Positions 29,373-37,950 of a stretch of DNA of 53,273 nucleotides are shown here, in pieces. The position numbers and the translations under genes were made by a program. Location of the stretch: contig DAIENX010000041.1 of assembly GCA_027340875.1 (NCBI GenBank), forward strand, positions 1-53,273. Reading direction: 5' to 3'. How positions within the stretch are numbered: position 1 is the first letter of the stretch; each line of letters starts with the position of its first letter. The notes beneath the pieces were generated by a model. That model ran no database searches and had not been told where the DNA came from. It saw only the letters and a list, made by a program, of their open reading frames with translations. This stretch comes from Elusimicrobiota bacterium. GTDB taxonomy: Bacteria; Elusimicrobiota; Elusimicrobia; Elusimicrobiales; UBA9959.

Positions 29373-30503
29373 CTAGATGGACCGGCAGTATCTGCCGTTG
29401 CGGGAGGAGAGCAGGGACGTGGACTCCAGCTCGAAGAGCGCGGCGGCCGCCCGCTGCACGGGCCAGGCCAGCTTCTCGGTCATCTCGTCGGCGTTCAAGC
29501 CCTCCTCGCAGACGGCTATGGTCCTGTACGCCAGCAGCGCGTCCGGCGAAAGGCCGTTCAACTGCGCTTCCGGGGGACAGGCCGCGCCTCCGGACGGGGA
29601 ACGCTTCAGTCCGAACTGGAACTCGGGAGGGAAACAGGCGACTATGTCCTCGGCGCTTTCCGCCAGGTACGCGCCGTTCTTGAGGTAGAAGTTCGGCCCG
29701 CGGCTGACCGGCGAGTCTACAGGTCCGGCCACCGCCAGGACCTCCCGGCCCTGCTCCAGGGCGAAACGCGCGGTTATCAACGCGCCGGACTCGAAGCCCC
29801 CTTCGACCACCACGGTGGCCAGCGAGAGACCGGAGATTATCCTGTTGCGGCGCGGGAAATTGGCGGGCATGGCCCCCTGGGCCAGCGGAAATTCCGAGAC
29901 TAGAGCTCCGCCGCGCTCCACTATCCTGTCCGCGAGCCTCGCGTTCTCCCGGGGGTAGACCACGCCAAGGCCCGTTCCCAAAGCGGCCCAGGTCATCCCG
30001 CCGGCGTCCACCGCCGCCTTGTGAGCGGCCGTATCTATGCCGCGGGCCAGCCCGCTGACCACCGCCACGCCGGCCTGGGCCAGCTCGCGGGCCAGACGAG
30101 CGGCGGTGCGCAGCCCATAAGCCGTGGCTTTCCGAGTTCCTACTATAGCGGCAGCGGGCCTTGGGTCCAGGCGGCCCCTGACGTAGAGGACGAGCGGAGG
30201 GTCGTAGACGGACCTGAGCAGCGCAGGGTAGCCCTCGTCGAGGGCGGTAAGGACGGAGATCCCGGCTCTTTCCGCGGCCAGCAGTTCCCTTTCCGGGTCT
30301 GCCGCCGATGACTGGGCGAGCAGGCGCTCCGCCGTTTCCGGCATTACCCCGCCCTCGGCCGCTATCTCCGCGGCGGGCCGTTCCAGAAGCCCGGCCGCCC
30401 CGCCGTAAAGGTCCACCAGCCGCAGGAGCCAGTCGCTCCTGCGGCAGGCGAAAAAATTCAGCCTGATCCTAGCCAGCTTCTCTTCGCCGGCACGCTCCCC
30501 CAT
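29373..30503 (-). CDS. dprA: DNA-processing protein DprA
   Basis: YPALL..YDPP, IVGTR, VSGLARGIDTAAH, FPRRNRIISGLS, SGALITA, GREV. Confidence 0.95.
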   Translation of the reverse strand: MGERAGEEKLARIRLNFFACRRSDWLLRLVDLYGGAAGLLERPAAEIAAEGGVMPETAERLLAQSSAADPERELLAAERAGISVLTALDEGYPALLRSVYDPPLVLYVRGRLDPRPAAAIVGTRKATAYGLRTAARLARELAQAGVAVVSGLARGIDTAAHKAAVDAGGMTWAALGTGLGVVYPRENARLADRIVERGGALVSEFPLAQGAMPANFPRRNRIISGLSLATVVVEGGFESGALITARFALEQGREVLAVAGPVDSPVSRGPNFYLKNGAYLAESAEDIVACFPPEFQFGLKRSPSGGAACPPEAQLNGLSPDALLAYRTIAVCEEGLNADEMTEKLAWPVQRAAAALFELESTSLLSSRNGRYCRSI

Positions 30504-30522
30504 ACGCTCCCCCCGAAGCGCT

Positions 30523-31842
30523 TTACTTCTTCTTTACGACGTAATCCTTGTAAATGGCCGTGGTGGCGTCCAGTATCCTGGCCTTCACGTCGGTGTCGTC
30601 GACGCTGAAGACTTCGGCGGTGCCGGCGTACTGCAGCTCGCGGCCGATGCGGTTGCCTTCCTTGTCGAAAGCGTCCGCTCCGCGCAGGTATACGTTCAGG
30701 TAGTCGCCGGGACGGACCAGGCCGGAGCTGTCCATGGAGATCTCGAGCACCTCGCCGGAGGAGGAGATGCCGTCCTCGAGGAAATCGTCGTCGTTCTTCA
30801 GCTTGGCGGTGACCACCCCGTCCTCGGTCCAGCTGTCCGGGACCACCTTGACCCCGTCGGACCATTCCTTCTGGTCCTCCGGCATCTCCTCGGAGAGATA
30901 GTTGCTGTCCAGGTCGGGGATGTCCTCGTCGGCCGACGGCATGGCCGGAGCGCGTACCGCGGAGACGGACGGGGATGGCGCCGGAGCAGGTTCCTGCGCG
31001 CCTTCCTCCGGGGTGAGGTCCGCGGAAGCCACCTCCGGAGTGCGATAAGGGATGAGGAGTTCGCTGATGTCGGGAATAACAAGCTCGTTCTTCGGGTAGA
31101 TGCGGTCAGGGTTGGAGACCGTGCTGAAATTCGCGTTATAGATGCGGCCCCACATGAACGGATTGTTGTAGTACTTGGCGGCCAGGTCCCAGAGCGTGTC
31201 CCCGGGCACTATCACGTGCCTCTTCAGAACGCGGAAACCGCCCTCCGCCTGGGGCGCGGCGACGGCCGGCATGACGCGCGGAGCGGCCGTTTTTCCGGGA
31301 ACGGGTCCGGCGGCGCCGACCACCTTGGCGCCGGGCTTGACGCGCAGATACTTGGCCGCATAGTCTGCGGCGGCCTTGGACTTAGGGGCTGCAGCCTTGG
31401 GCTGAGTGACGGAACTCTCCTTGCTGCCCACCACGGGGCTGTCAGGACTGACGTGCAGATATTTGGCCGCGTAGTCGGCGGCGGCTTTGGACTGGGGACT
31501 GGCGGCCTTGGACTGGGGGGCGGCGCTCTCCTTGCGGCCCACCACAGGGCTGTCCGGGCTGACATGCAGATATTTGGCCGCGTAGTCCGCGGCGGCCTGG
31601 GACTTGGCGTCGCCGGCCTTCGTGGTTGCAGAGGCTGGCGCTTTGGCCGCGGGCTTCGCTTTCGTCTTGGCGGGCTGCACCACTGGCTCAATAACGGTCA
31701 CCTTATCATCGGCTGCGGCCTTAACGGTATCCGTGGCGGCTTTCTCAGGCTCGTCGAGCTTAACCTCGGTCAGCTTCGTCTGCTGGGAGAAGAGCGCGGC
31801 AGGAGCCGCGAAAATCAGGAAAAATAACGCTGTTCTTTTCAT
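30523..31842 (-). CDS. exported LysM protein, TsaP-like
   Basis: Signal peptide; GDTLWDLAAKYYNNPFMWGRIYNAN...NPDRIYP; beta-rich C-terminal domain; directly upstream of dprA. Confidence 0.8.
   Translation of the reverse strand: MKRTALFFLIFAAPAALFSQQTKLTEVKLDEPEKAATDTVKAAADDKVTVIEPVVQPAKTKAKPAAKAPASATTKAGDAKSQAAADYAAKYLHVSPDSPVVGRKESAAPQSKAASPQSKAAADYAAKYLHVSPDSPVVGSKESSVTQPKAAAPKSKAAADYAAKYLRVKPGAKVVGAAGPVPGKTAAPRVMPAVAAPQAEGGFRVLKRHVIVPGDTLWDLAAKYYNNPFMWGRIYNANFSTVSNPDRIYPKNELVIPDISELLIPYRTPEVASADLTPEEGAQEPAPAPSPSVSAVRAPAMPSADEDIPDLDSNYLSEEMPEDQKEWSDGVKVVPDSWTEDGVVTAKLKNDDDFLEDGISSSGEVLEISMDSSGLVRPGDYLNVYLRGADAFDKEGNRIGRELQYAGTAEVFSVDDTDVKARILDATTAIYKDYVVKKK
31315..31600 (-). repeat. three intragenic repeats with a 111-bp (37-aa) period
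   Basis: AAADYAAKYL(H/R)V.P...VVG three times; DNA copies anchored at 31571, 31460 and 31349. Confidence 0.9.
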
Positions 31843-31990
31843 CTACCGCCTCCGTATAAGGCCCGCTGCCGGGCAGGAATCACGATTCCCGGCCGGCGGG
31901 CTTCCCGCCTGTGCGCAGATATTGAATATAACTTATTATGTCAAAAAATACGAGCCCCGGGCGAATATTTTAGCGCTGGGCGCGGTCTTT

Positions 31991-33523
31991 TCAGTCCTGC
32001 GCCTGAGCCCTGTCGAAGCTCCTGTACTGCATGGCCTCCACCAGATGCTCCCTGCGTATATCCGCCTCGCCTTCCAGGTCCGCCATGGTGCGCGACACCT
32101 TGAGTATCTTGTCCAGGCTGCGGGCCGAAAGCCCCAGCCTGTTCATCGCGGTCTCCAGCACCTCGTCCCCTCCGGGCGGCAGCCGGCAGAACCTCCTTAT
32201 CTGGGCCGCGCTCATGAACGCGTTGGCGGTGGTCCTGCTGCCGGCAAAGCGGGAGGACTGTATTTTCCTGGCCGCCACTACCCGCTCGCGTATTACCGAT
32301 GACGGCTCCCCTTCCCCTGGCCGCGCCCAGTGGGAATAGCGCACCGGGGAGAGCTGTATGTTCAGATCTATCCGGTCCAGCAACGGACCGGAGATCTTGC
32401 CGCGGTAACGCTGTACCTGAAGCGGAGAGCAGCGGCACTCCCTGTCCGGGTGACCCAGAAAGCCGCAAGGACATGGATTGCTGGCCGCTATCAGCGTGAA
32501 TCTCGCCGGGAAGCGGGCGCTCTCCCTGGCCCTGGAGACGGTCACCTGGAATGACTCCAGCGGCTCACGCAGCACCTCCAGGCTGGAACGCGAGAACTCC
32601 GCGAGCTCGTCCAGGAACAGCACGCCGTTATGCGCCATCGAGACCTCTCCCGGGCGCGGCCGCGAGCCTCCGCCTATCAGCGCTATGTCGCTGATGGTGT
32701 GGTGCGGGTCGCGGAAAGGCCTTGCCGGGATAAGCCGCCTTCCCCGCGTCAGCCCGCAGACCGAGTATATCTTCGTGACCTCCAGGGCCTCCTCGTTCGT
32801 TATCGGCGGCATTATGCCGGAGAACCTTCTGGCCAGCATGGACTTGCCGGCCCCTGGAGGCCCCATCATAAGCACGTTATGACCGCCCGCGGCGGCTATC
32901 TCCAGCGCACGTTTAGCGAAAGCCTGCCCCCGCACCTCGGAAAAGTCCCCGCGCTCGGCAGGCGGCTCCTCCGCCCCTCCATCCTCCCCGGCGCAGGACC
33001 TCAGGCCCTCGCCCGAGTTCAGCGCGGCCACGAGAGCCCGCAGGTCCGGAGCGTAAAAAGCCCTCACCCCGGATACCCCCGCCTCGGCGCGGTTGTCCGA
33101 GGGCACCACGGCGGAGGCGCCCTTGGCCCTGGAAAGAGAGAGCAGCATCGGCAGCAGCCCGGCCGCGGACCGTATTTCTCCGTCGAGCGCCAGCTCACCG
33201 ACGAAAAAGGTGCTCTTCAGCCTCTCTTCCGCTTCTTTCAGCTTGCCGCAGGCCGCCAATACTCCCAACGCTATGGGCAGATCGAAATGCGTGCCGCATT
33301 TGCGGACCTCGGCAGGAGAGAGGTTGATGGTTATGCGCTTGGCAGGAAAGTCGAAGCCGGAATTGCGGATGGCGGCCACCACCCTGTCCTTGGATTCCTT
33401 AACTTCGGTATCGGCCAGGCCGACTATCGAGAACGCCGGCAGCCCGCTGGCCACGTAAACCTCCGCCAGCACCGGAAAGCCGTCTATCCCCTTTATCCCG
33501 AGCGTGAGTATTTTCGCCAGCAT
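31991..33523 (-). CDS. comM: YifB/ComM Mg-chelatase-like AAA+ ATPase
   Basis: GLPAFSIVGL, ITINLSPA, GPPGAGKS, RPFRDPHH, HNGVLFLDE, NPCPCG, SGPLLDRID. Confidence 0.93.
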   Translation of the reverse strand: MLAKILTLGIKGIDGFPVLAEVYVASGLPAFSIVGLADTEVKESKDRVVAAIRNSGFDFPAKRITINLSPAEVRKCGTHFDLPIALGVLAACGKLKEAEERLKSTFFVGELALDGEIRSAAGLLPMLLSLSRAKGASAVVPSDNRAEAGVSGVRAFYAPDLRALVAALNSGEGLRSCAGEDGGAEEPPAERGDFSEVRGQAFAKRALEIAAAGGHNVLMMGPPGAGKSMLARRFSGIMPPITNEEALEVTKIYSVCGLTRGRRLIPARPFRDPHHTISDIALIGGGSRPRPGEVSMAHNGVLFLDELAEFSRSSLEVLREPLESFQVTVSRARESARFPARFTLIAASNPCPCGFLGHPDRECRCSPLQVQRYRGKISGPLLDRIDLNIQLSPVRYSHWARPGEGEPSSVIRERVVAARKIQSSRFAGSRTTANAFMSAAQIRRFCRLPPGGDEVLETAMNRLGLSARSLDKILKVSRTMADLEGEADIRREHLVEAMQYRSFDRAQAQD

Positions 33524-33658
33524 CAGTCCCCCCTTTACCCACGGATATCCTAGCAGGCGAACCCGTCAAGGGCGTGTCGGGAAGAAAAAGTATTTACATC
33601 GAATTAGCGCGCGCGGAAAGACGAAGATCGGGGAATTTCTTTGGGATGGCCCAAACAG

Positions 33659-33700
33659 AAAGGGCCAGTTGCCTTGAACATCAGGCAGCCGGCCCTTTTT
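33659..33700. terminator. hairpin terminator at the left end of the islet
   Basis: AAAGGGCC.GTTGCCT...AGGCAGC.GGCCCTTTTT. Confidence 0.6.
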
Positions 33701-33726
33701 GTTAACAGATATGCTTTTATATCTTG

Positions 33727-34116
33727 TTAATTATAAACCAGAGACGTACATTCACGATGAACTTTCTTATACCCTACTGTACGGGTTGTACATGTATCTT
33801 CGCATGACGCATCCGTAATATCAAATTTACAGCACACCTCTTCAGTCGGCCTGGGATCAGAATTCGTCGTATCTACGTCCCAATTTTTACATTCCTTTAT
33901 ATCTGCTGACCGATGACAAATCACGCTATCGTCTGAATAATCGTTCAGGACACAATGGAAATCAATGCAATTCCCATCATGGTATGTATCACATACCGTA
34001 TACCCCATCTCCTCTCCATAGGTCGTAGTGGTGGTTTCATCTATGCACTCAGAGTGAAGCAACGTCAAACCGCCCATGCAGACGGCGAATATAAGGCCAG
34101 ACTTTAGTAGTTTCAT
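33727..34116 (-). CDS. small exported cysteine-rich hypothetical protein
   Basis: 129 aa, hydrophobic N-terminus, 12 Cys; GGAGG RBS; 4-nt overlap with the TPR gene. Confidence 0.75.
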   Translation of the reverse strand: MKLLKSGLIFAVCMGGLTLLHSECIDETTTTTYGEEMGYTVCDTYHDGNCIDFHCVLNDYSDDSVICHRSADIKECKNWDVDTTNSDPRPTEEVCCKFDITDASCEDTCTTRTVGYKKVHRECTSLVYN

Positions 34117-35039
34117 TTTCCCTCCCGCTGCTTCTTCATTTCCTCGTCGTGCTTCCTCATTTCTTCCGACACCAATTTATTGTATGAGTGATAATCATTC
34201 TTTTGCAGTATTTCCTTATCGGGACAGCCGTCCACGAAATATCCTTTCTCAAAAAGATGCTTGCATGGAGAAAAAGCAAGCACCTTCTTGCTATATTTTT
34301 CGACATGGGCGTTTAGAAAAGATTTAAGATCCGTTACGGCTTCCTCATATTTCCCCATTTCAATCAACAACGAAGATCTATTGTGATACAGGAAGTTCCC
34401 GAACCCGGGTTTCACAAATTGCAACCCTGTTGCATATGCTGTCAATGCTTTCTCCTGTTCTCCCATCTTCTCGTAAAGCATACCCTTCTGCCGGTACGCC
34501 TCCGATTTTAAAGGAGTGTAGCCGGGCCCCATCGTATCTTTTGTGGACAGTTCGGCGACTTTACCGAAGTCTTTCAGCGCATTCTCACAAAACACTTTCT
34601 TTTCGGGATTCACGCCCCATTTCGCATTAAACCCCGCGCATTTTTCCCGATAAGCCGTCGCCCTCCAATTGCGCGCGTCTATGTTATTCCCGTTCAACTC
34701 GATTTCTTTATCAAGGATCCTTATAGCCTGATCAGGATGGGTCCGGACATAATCACTGAATTTTATATTCTCACGGACTTTTTTTGAAATCATCCCGACC
34801 GTGATATCTATAAACTTATTCCCGCCGCCAGGTTTTGCCTTCTTAAATGTATTCTCGGCGTCATTTAGGATCTGCTCGAATTCTGACGCGGAAATATATC
34901 CTGTTTCATCCACACCCTGGACCGAGGTGGAAAGCCCCTGGCGGGTCGCCGGCACCGTCGAACTATCGATATTCGGCTGCGCCCCCGCGAATACTATATG
35001 TGTCGAAATAAATATCGCAACCCAAACAAGTGTTTTCAT
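34113..35039 (-). CDS. exported tetratricopeptide-repeat protein
   Basis: Signal peptide MKTLVWVAIF...AGA; TPR patterns AYRQKGMLYEKMGEQEKAL and YHNRSSLLIEMGKYEEAV. Confidence 0.8.
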   Translation of the reverse strand: MKTLVWVAIFISTHIVFAGAQPNIDSSTVPATRQGLSTSVQGVDETGYISASEFEQILNDAENTFKKAKPGGGNKFIDITVGMISKKVRENIKFSDYVRTHPDQAIRILDKEIELNGNNIDARNWRATAYREKCAGFNAKWGVNPEKKVFCENALKDFGKVAELSTKDTMGPGYTPLKSEAYRQKGMLYEKMGEQEKALTAYATGLQFVKPGFGNFLYHNRSSLLIEMGKYEEAVTDLKSFLNAHVEKYSKKVLAFSPCKHLFEKGYFVDGCPDKEILQKNDYHSYNKLVSEEMRKHDEEMKKQREGK

Positions 35040-35049
35040 ATCGCGGGAT

Positions 35050-35077
35050 ATTATAACACTATTTTTTGAATCCGCAA
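35050..35077 (-). promoter_or_regulatory. promoter TTGCGG-N16-TATAAT (TG-extended), near-leaderless TPR gene
   Basis: attata at 35050-35055 and ccgcaa at 35072-35077; ATG 10 nt downstream of the -10. Confidence 0.55.
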
Positions 35078-35274
35078 ATGCTTGCTTCGAGATTTGCATT
35101 CAAGACTAGCCCGACGTATCCACTCCATGCCACCGCAGACATTCCGGCGGCAGTCCGGCATGGAGTTTCCGCAAAAGCCTTCCCTCCTCCAGTTGCCGCA
35201 TACAAAGCGGTCCGCCCGGCAAGACGACTTGCCGGGATGACAAAGACAGTTTTTCAGGAATTGTATAAGCGGCG

Positions 35275-35637
35275 TTACTTCCGCTTTCCCTTCGCGCCCG
35301 AGATGCTGTTTAAAGTCGTTTTTGCCACATCCAGGGCGGCGCGGATCTCATCCTGGCTTTTGTCCCTGATCAGTTGGGCGAAGCTTTGGGCGGCGTTATA
35401 AATGTAATCTTTCTCTGGCGCAGGCATTGTCCGGAAGAGATCCGCCACCGGGAGCCTTAGCGCATTGGAGATCTTCTCGATGGTTTCCAAGCTGGCCTTT
35501 TTCCCCTTGGTCTCAATATAGGCGACAAAACTCGTGCTGATCCCTGCCAGCTCGGCAAGTTTTTCCATGGTAAGTCCGGCCCTTTGGCGTTCTTCCCGTA
35601 TCCGGTTCCCCACGATTGAATGTATGTCCTTGCGCAT
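35275..35637 (-). CDS. XRE-family HTH regulator
   Basis: GNRIREERQRAGLTMEKLAELAGIS...IE....SLETIEKISNAL; GGAGG RBS. Confidence 0.9.
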   Translation of the reverse strand: MRKDIHSIVGNRIREERQRAGLTMEKLAELAGISTSFVAYIETKGKKASLETIEKISNALRLPVADLFRTMPAPEKDYIYNAAQSFAQLIRDKSQDEIRAALDVAKTTLNSISGAKGKRK

Positions 35638-35716
35638 CAGAACCTCCGCCTTTTATTGCCGTCCCGGCAGCAAGTAATTGTAGAAGAGAAGAGTTGGCGG
35701 CGGACATAATTTGCAG

Positions 35717-35759
35717 GTCAATATTATTATTGACTTATAGTTGTAGTTATTAGTATAAA
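35717..35759 (+). promoter_or_regulatory. palindromic operator overlapping a TTGACT-N18-TATAAA promoter
   Basis: GTCAATA-TTAT-TATTGAC at 35717-35734, in the divergent XRE/lipoprotein gap. Confidence 0.5.
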
Positions 35760-35797
35760 ACCCTGTAGTTAGGAATCGGACAAGCACGGGAGGAAAA

Positions 35798-36220
35798 ATG
35801 AAGAAATTAACGATGGGCGCTTTAATAATGGCGATGGCTGGGCTGTGCGGCTGCTTGCTAGCACCCGGACACTTTAGCAGCACCAAGACTTTCCAGGGCG
35901 CGGACACGATTGTACTTCCAGCCCCCAGGACCGATATCTTTGATGTCCTTTCAAAAACCGCAAAATCCTTAGGATACCGCGTTTCCGGGCTTAACAGGCA
36001 ATTCAGGAATGTCAGTTTCGCCTCACAGTCTTCAATGGGTTCCGGACTTCTGTTGGGGAAATACAGCAGCGCTACCATCAACATAACTGTCGGTGAAGAC
36101 AATAAAACACTCAACATCAATATCACTCTCTCCGGCAATTTAGGAAGCGGCGGGCAGGAAGCAGCGGATAAGCGAATTGCGGAATTCAAAAACGCGCTGA
36201 ATAAGACAATAACGAACTAG
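35798..36220 (+). CDS. hypothetical lipoprotein
   Basis: GGAGG RBS; MKK plus hydrophobic stretch plus lipobox-like LCGC. Confidence 0.75.
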   Translation: MKKLTMGALIMAMAGLCGCLLAPGHFSSTKTFQGADTIVLPAPRTDIFDVLSKTAKSLGYRVSGLNRQFRNVSFASQSSMGSGLLLGKYSSATINITVGEDNKTLNINITLSGNLGSGGQEAADKRIAEFKNALNKTITN

Positions 36221-36283
36221 GTTCGGAATAGAAACCGACCGAGAAGACAAGAAGCGCCGAACAAATAGCAGGAGAGGAACAAA

Positions 36284-36979
36284 ATGAAAAAGAGCATTAC
36301 TTCGGTTCTTATGGGAATCGCAATAATTAGTTGTGCAAATATAGGACGCGCTGAGGTAAAAAAAGGACAGCAGTTCATTAACATCAATGCCGGAGCCGCG
36401 ATTCCGATTACCAAAACGGACATGACCGACCTCGGCGGAAAAAATGAAACCGCCGTAAAAAGCGGTCTGGCCATAGGCGGACAGTATATCTATCAATTTT
36501 CCCCTGCCTGGGGAATCGGCGCGGAATTTGCCAGTTCATCTTTCAAGGGCCAGGATCATGAAATTTTGTCCCACGCGGCCAAAATACAGAACAGCGCTTC
36601 GGCTGTGACCATGCAGGCGGTCGTGCGCTGCATATTGACCCCGGAAAAAAGATTTTATCCTTATCTCTTAGCCGGCGCGGGATATGGCAAAACGGACATT
36701 TCCGCGAAAACCAAGCCGATCAACAGCGGAGTCTGGAGCGATACTCTTACCACGGAATGGCGCGACAATTACGATACCAGCATTTCAGGCGCCGCCTTAA
36801 CCTTAGGAGCCGGTGTTGAAGGGAATCTCACCGATTCTATCGTAGCCGGGCTTGGAGTTCGCTGGCAAAACATTGTAGCCAAGAAAACAATAACCGATAC
36901 GCTTGGCATCAAGTGGGACATCAAGAACAACCAGAGCGCGAACGCCACGATCATGCTTGGCTGGAAATTCGGCAAATAG
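36284..36979 (+). CDS. outer-membrane beta-barrel protein
   Basis: Signal peptide; FYPYLLAGAGY, LGAGVE, terminal LGWKFGK. Confidence 0.82.
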   Translation: MKKSITSVLMGIAIISCANIGRAEVKKGQQFININAGAAIPITKTDMTDLGGKNETAVKSGLAIGGQYIYQFSPAWGIGAEFASSSFKGQDHEILSHAAKIQNSASAVTMQAVVRCILTPEKRFYPYLLAGAGYGKTDISAKTKPINSGVWSDTLTTEWRDNYDTSISGAALTLGAGVEGNLTDSIVAGLGVRWQNIVAKKTITDTLGIKWDIKNNQSANATIMLGWKFGK

Positions 36980-37091
36980 ACCTGATCCTGGCAATTCAGC
37001 ACACAGAACGAACTCCCTCGCCGGTTTAAAGCCCCGGGAGGGAGTTTGTTATACGTTGTCCTCACGGCAGTCCTGATTTTTATGAGCAATC

Positions 37092-37844
37092 ATGAATAAG
37101 CTACGGGTAGTTATACTGATGTTCGCACTCCCTCTGGTCTTCACCCTCAAGGGGAACGGGCAGGAGACTCCTTTGCAGACGTTAAGCGACGCTGAGTTCC
37201 ATGACTTCCTTAAAAACGCCCATCTTCCCGACGAAGCACACAAGGAAACCGTGGCGGCTGAAAAGGATTCAAAACTAAGCATCCTGCTCGGATTCGGAAA
37301 TGCTTATGGGTTCGGAATCGTTCAAAACGGCAAATCCGAACTTCATAACAGCTCTGCATTAGTGCTGAGAGCCGGCTATTCTCTGAATAAATACGTGGAA
37401 GTTCAGGGAGAATATTCCGAAGCTAATAGCTTCGGAAAAAGCGAGAGCGGAGAGTATATGGTCGGCCTTTACCACGAGAAATATCAGTGGAGTGACGAGG
37501 TGGGTATTTCCAACTATTCCGCGAATTTGAAGGTCAGAGTTCCGATTATCCTGAAAAAGATTTCTTTCTCGCCTTATGTTTTTGGCGGCATAGGAAGGGC
37601 TTTCCTTTCGGAAAGTTATTCCGTGAGAGAATGGGAAGACGGAGTGCTGTTCAATACTGTCAAAGAAAGCTGGAAAAATAAGGGCCCGTGCTTTAAAAGC
37701 GGTCTCGGAATAGATGCGGCCGTTCATAAAAACCTGGCCTTGTTTATAGAATATAATTACCAGAAAATGAGGCTTGGCGGTGACGGCGGTCGCATTACCA
37801 TGTACTATTCCCAGACCCTGGGAGGAGTGAAAGCAAGGTTCTAA
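37092..37844 (+). CDS. outer-membrane beta-barrel (porin-family) protein
   Basis: Signal peptide; LRAGY, SPYVFGGIG, FIEYNY, terminal GGVKARF. Confidence 0.82.
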   Translation: MNKLRVVILMFALPLVFTLKGNGQETPLQTLSDAEFHDFLKNAHLPDEAHKETVAAEKDSKLSILLGFGNAYGFGIVQNGKSELHNSSALVLRAGYSLNKYVEVQGEYSEANSFGKSESGEYMVGLYHEKYQWSDEVGISNYSANLKVRVPIILKKISFSPYVFGGIGRAFLSESYSVREWEDGVLFNTVKESWKNKGPCFKSGLGIDAAVHKNLALFIEYNYQKMRLGGDGGRITMYYSQTLGGVKARF

Positions 37845-37878
37845 AAACAAAGCCCCGCATTATGCGGGGCTTTGTTTT
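37844..37878. terminator. bidirectional intrinsic terminator
   Basis: AAAACAAAGCCCCGCA-TTA-TGCGGGGCTTTGTTTT between convergent genes. Confidence 0.9.
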
Positions 37879-37950
37879 GGGTTGAGATGCGATAGGCCAA
37901 AGACTGATAGGACTTTTCAGCGATCGCCTGACGGGGCGGTCCGGGAACCG

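Larger units (their letters stand above)
33600..37940. other. lower-GC accessory islet of exported proteins plus an XRE regulator
   Basis: Abrupt compositional shift (one spot count, 33781-33840, gives 26/60 G+C); no integrase seen; edges approximate. Confidence 0.7.

Noticed and set aside
31315..31600. Periodic repeats as a CRISPR array
   Set aside because: In-frame coding repeats of 111 bp with synonymous variation; no cas genes.
35122..35236. Two hairpins downstream of the XRE gene as an ncRNA
   Set aside because: Stems of 10 and 9 bp are adequately explained as transcript-end structures; no further support.
33550..37940. Terminal repeats or att sites bounding the islet
   Set aside because: Only a short, imperfect CCCGTCA match at the two ends, which is expected by chance.
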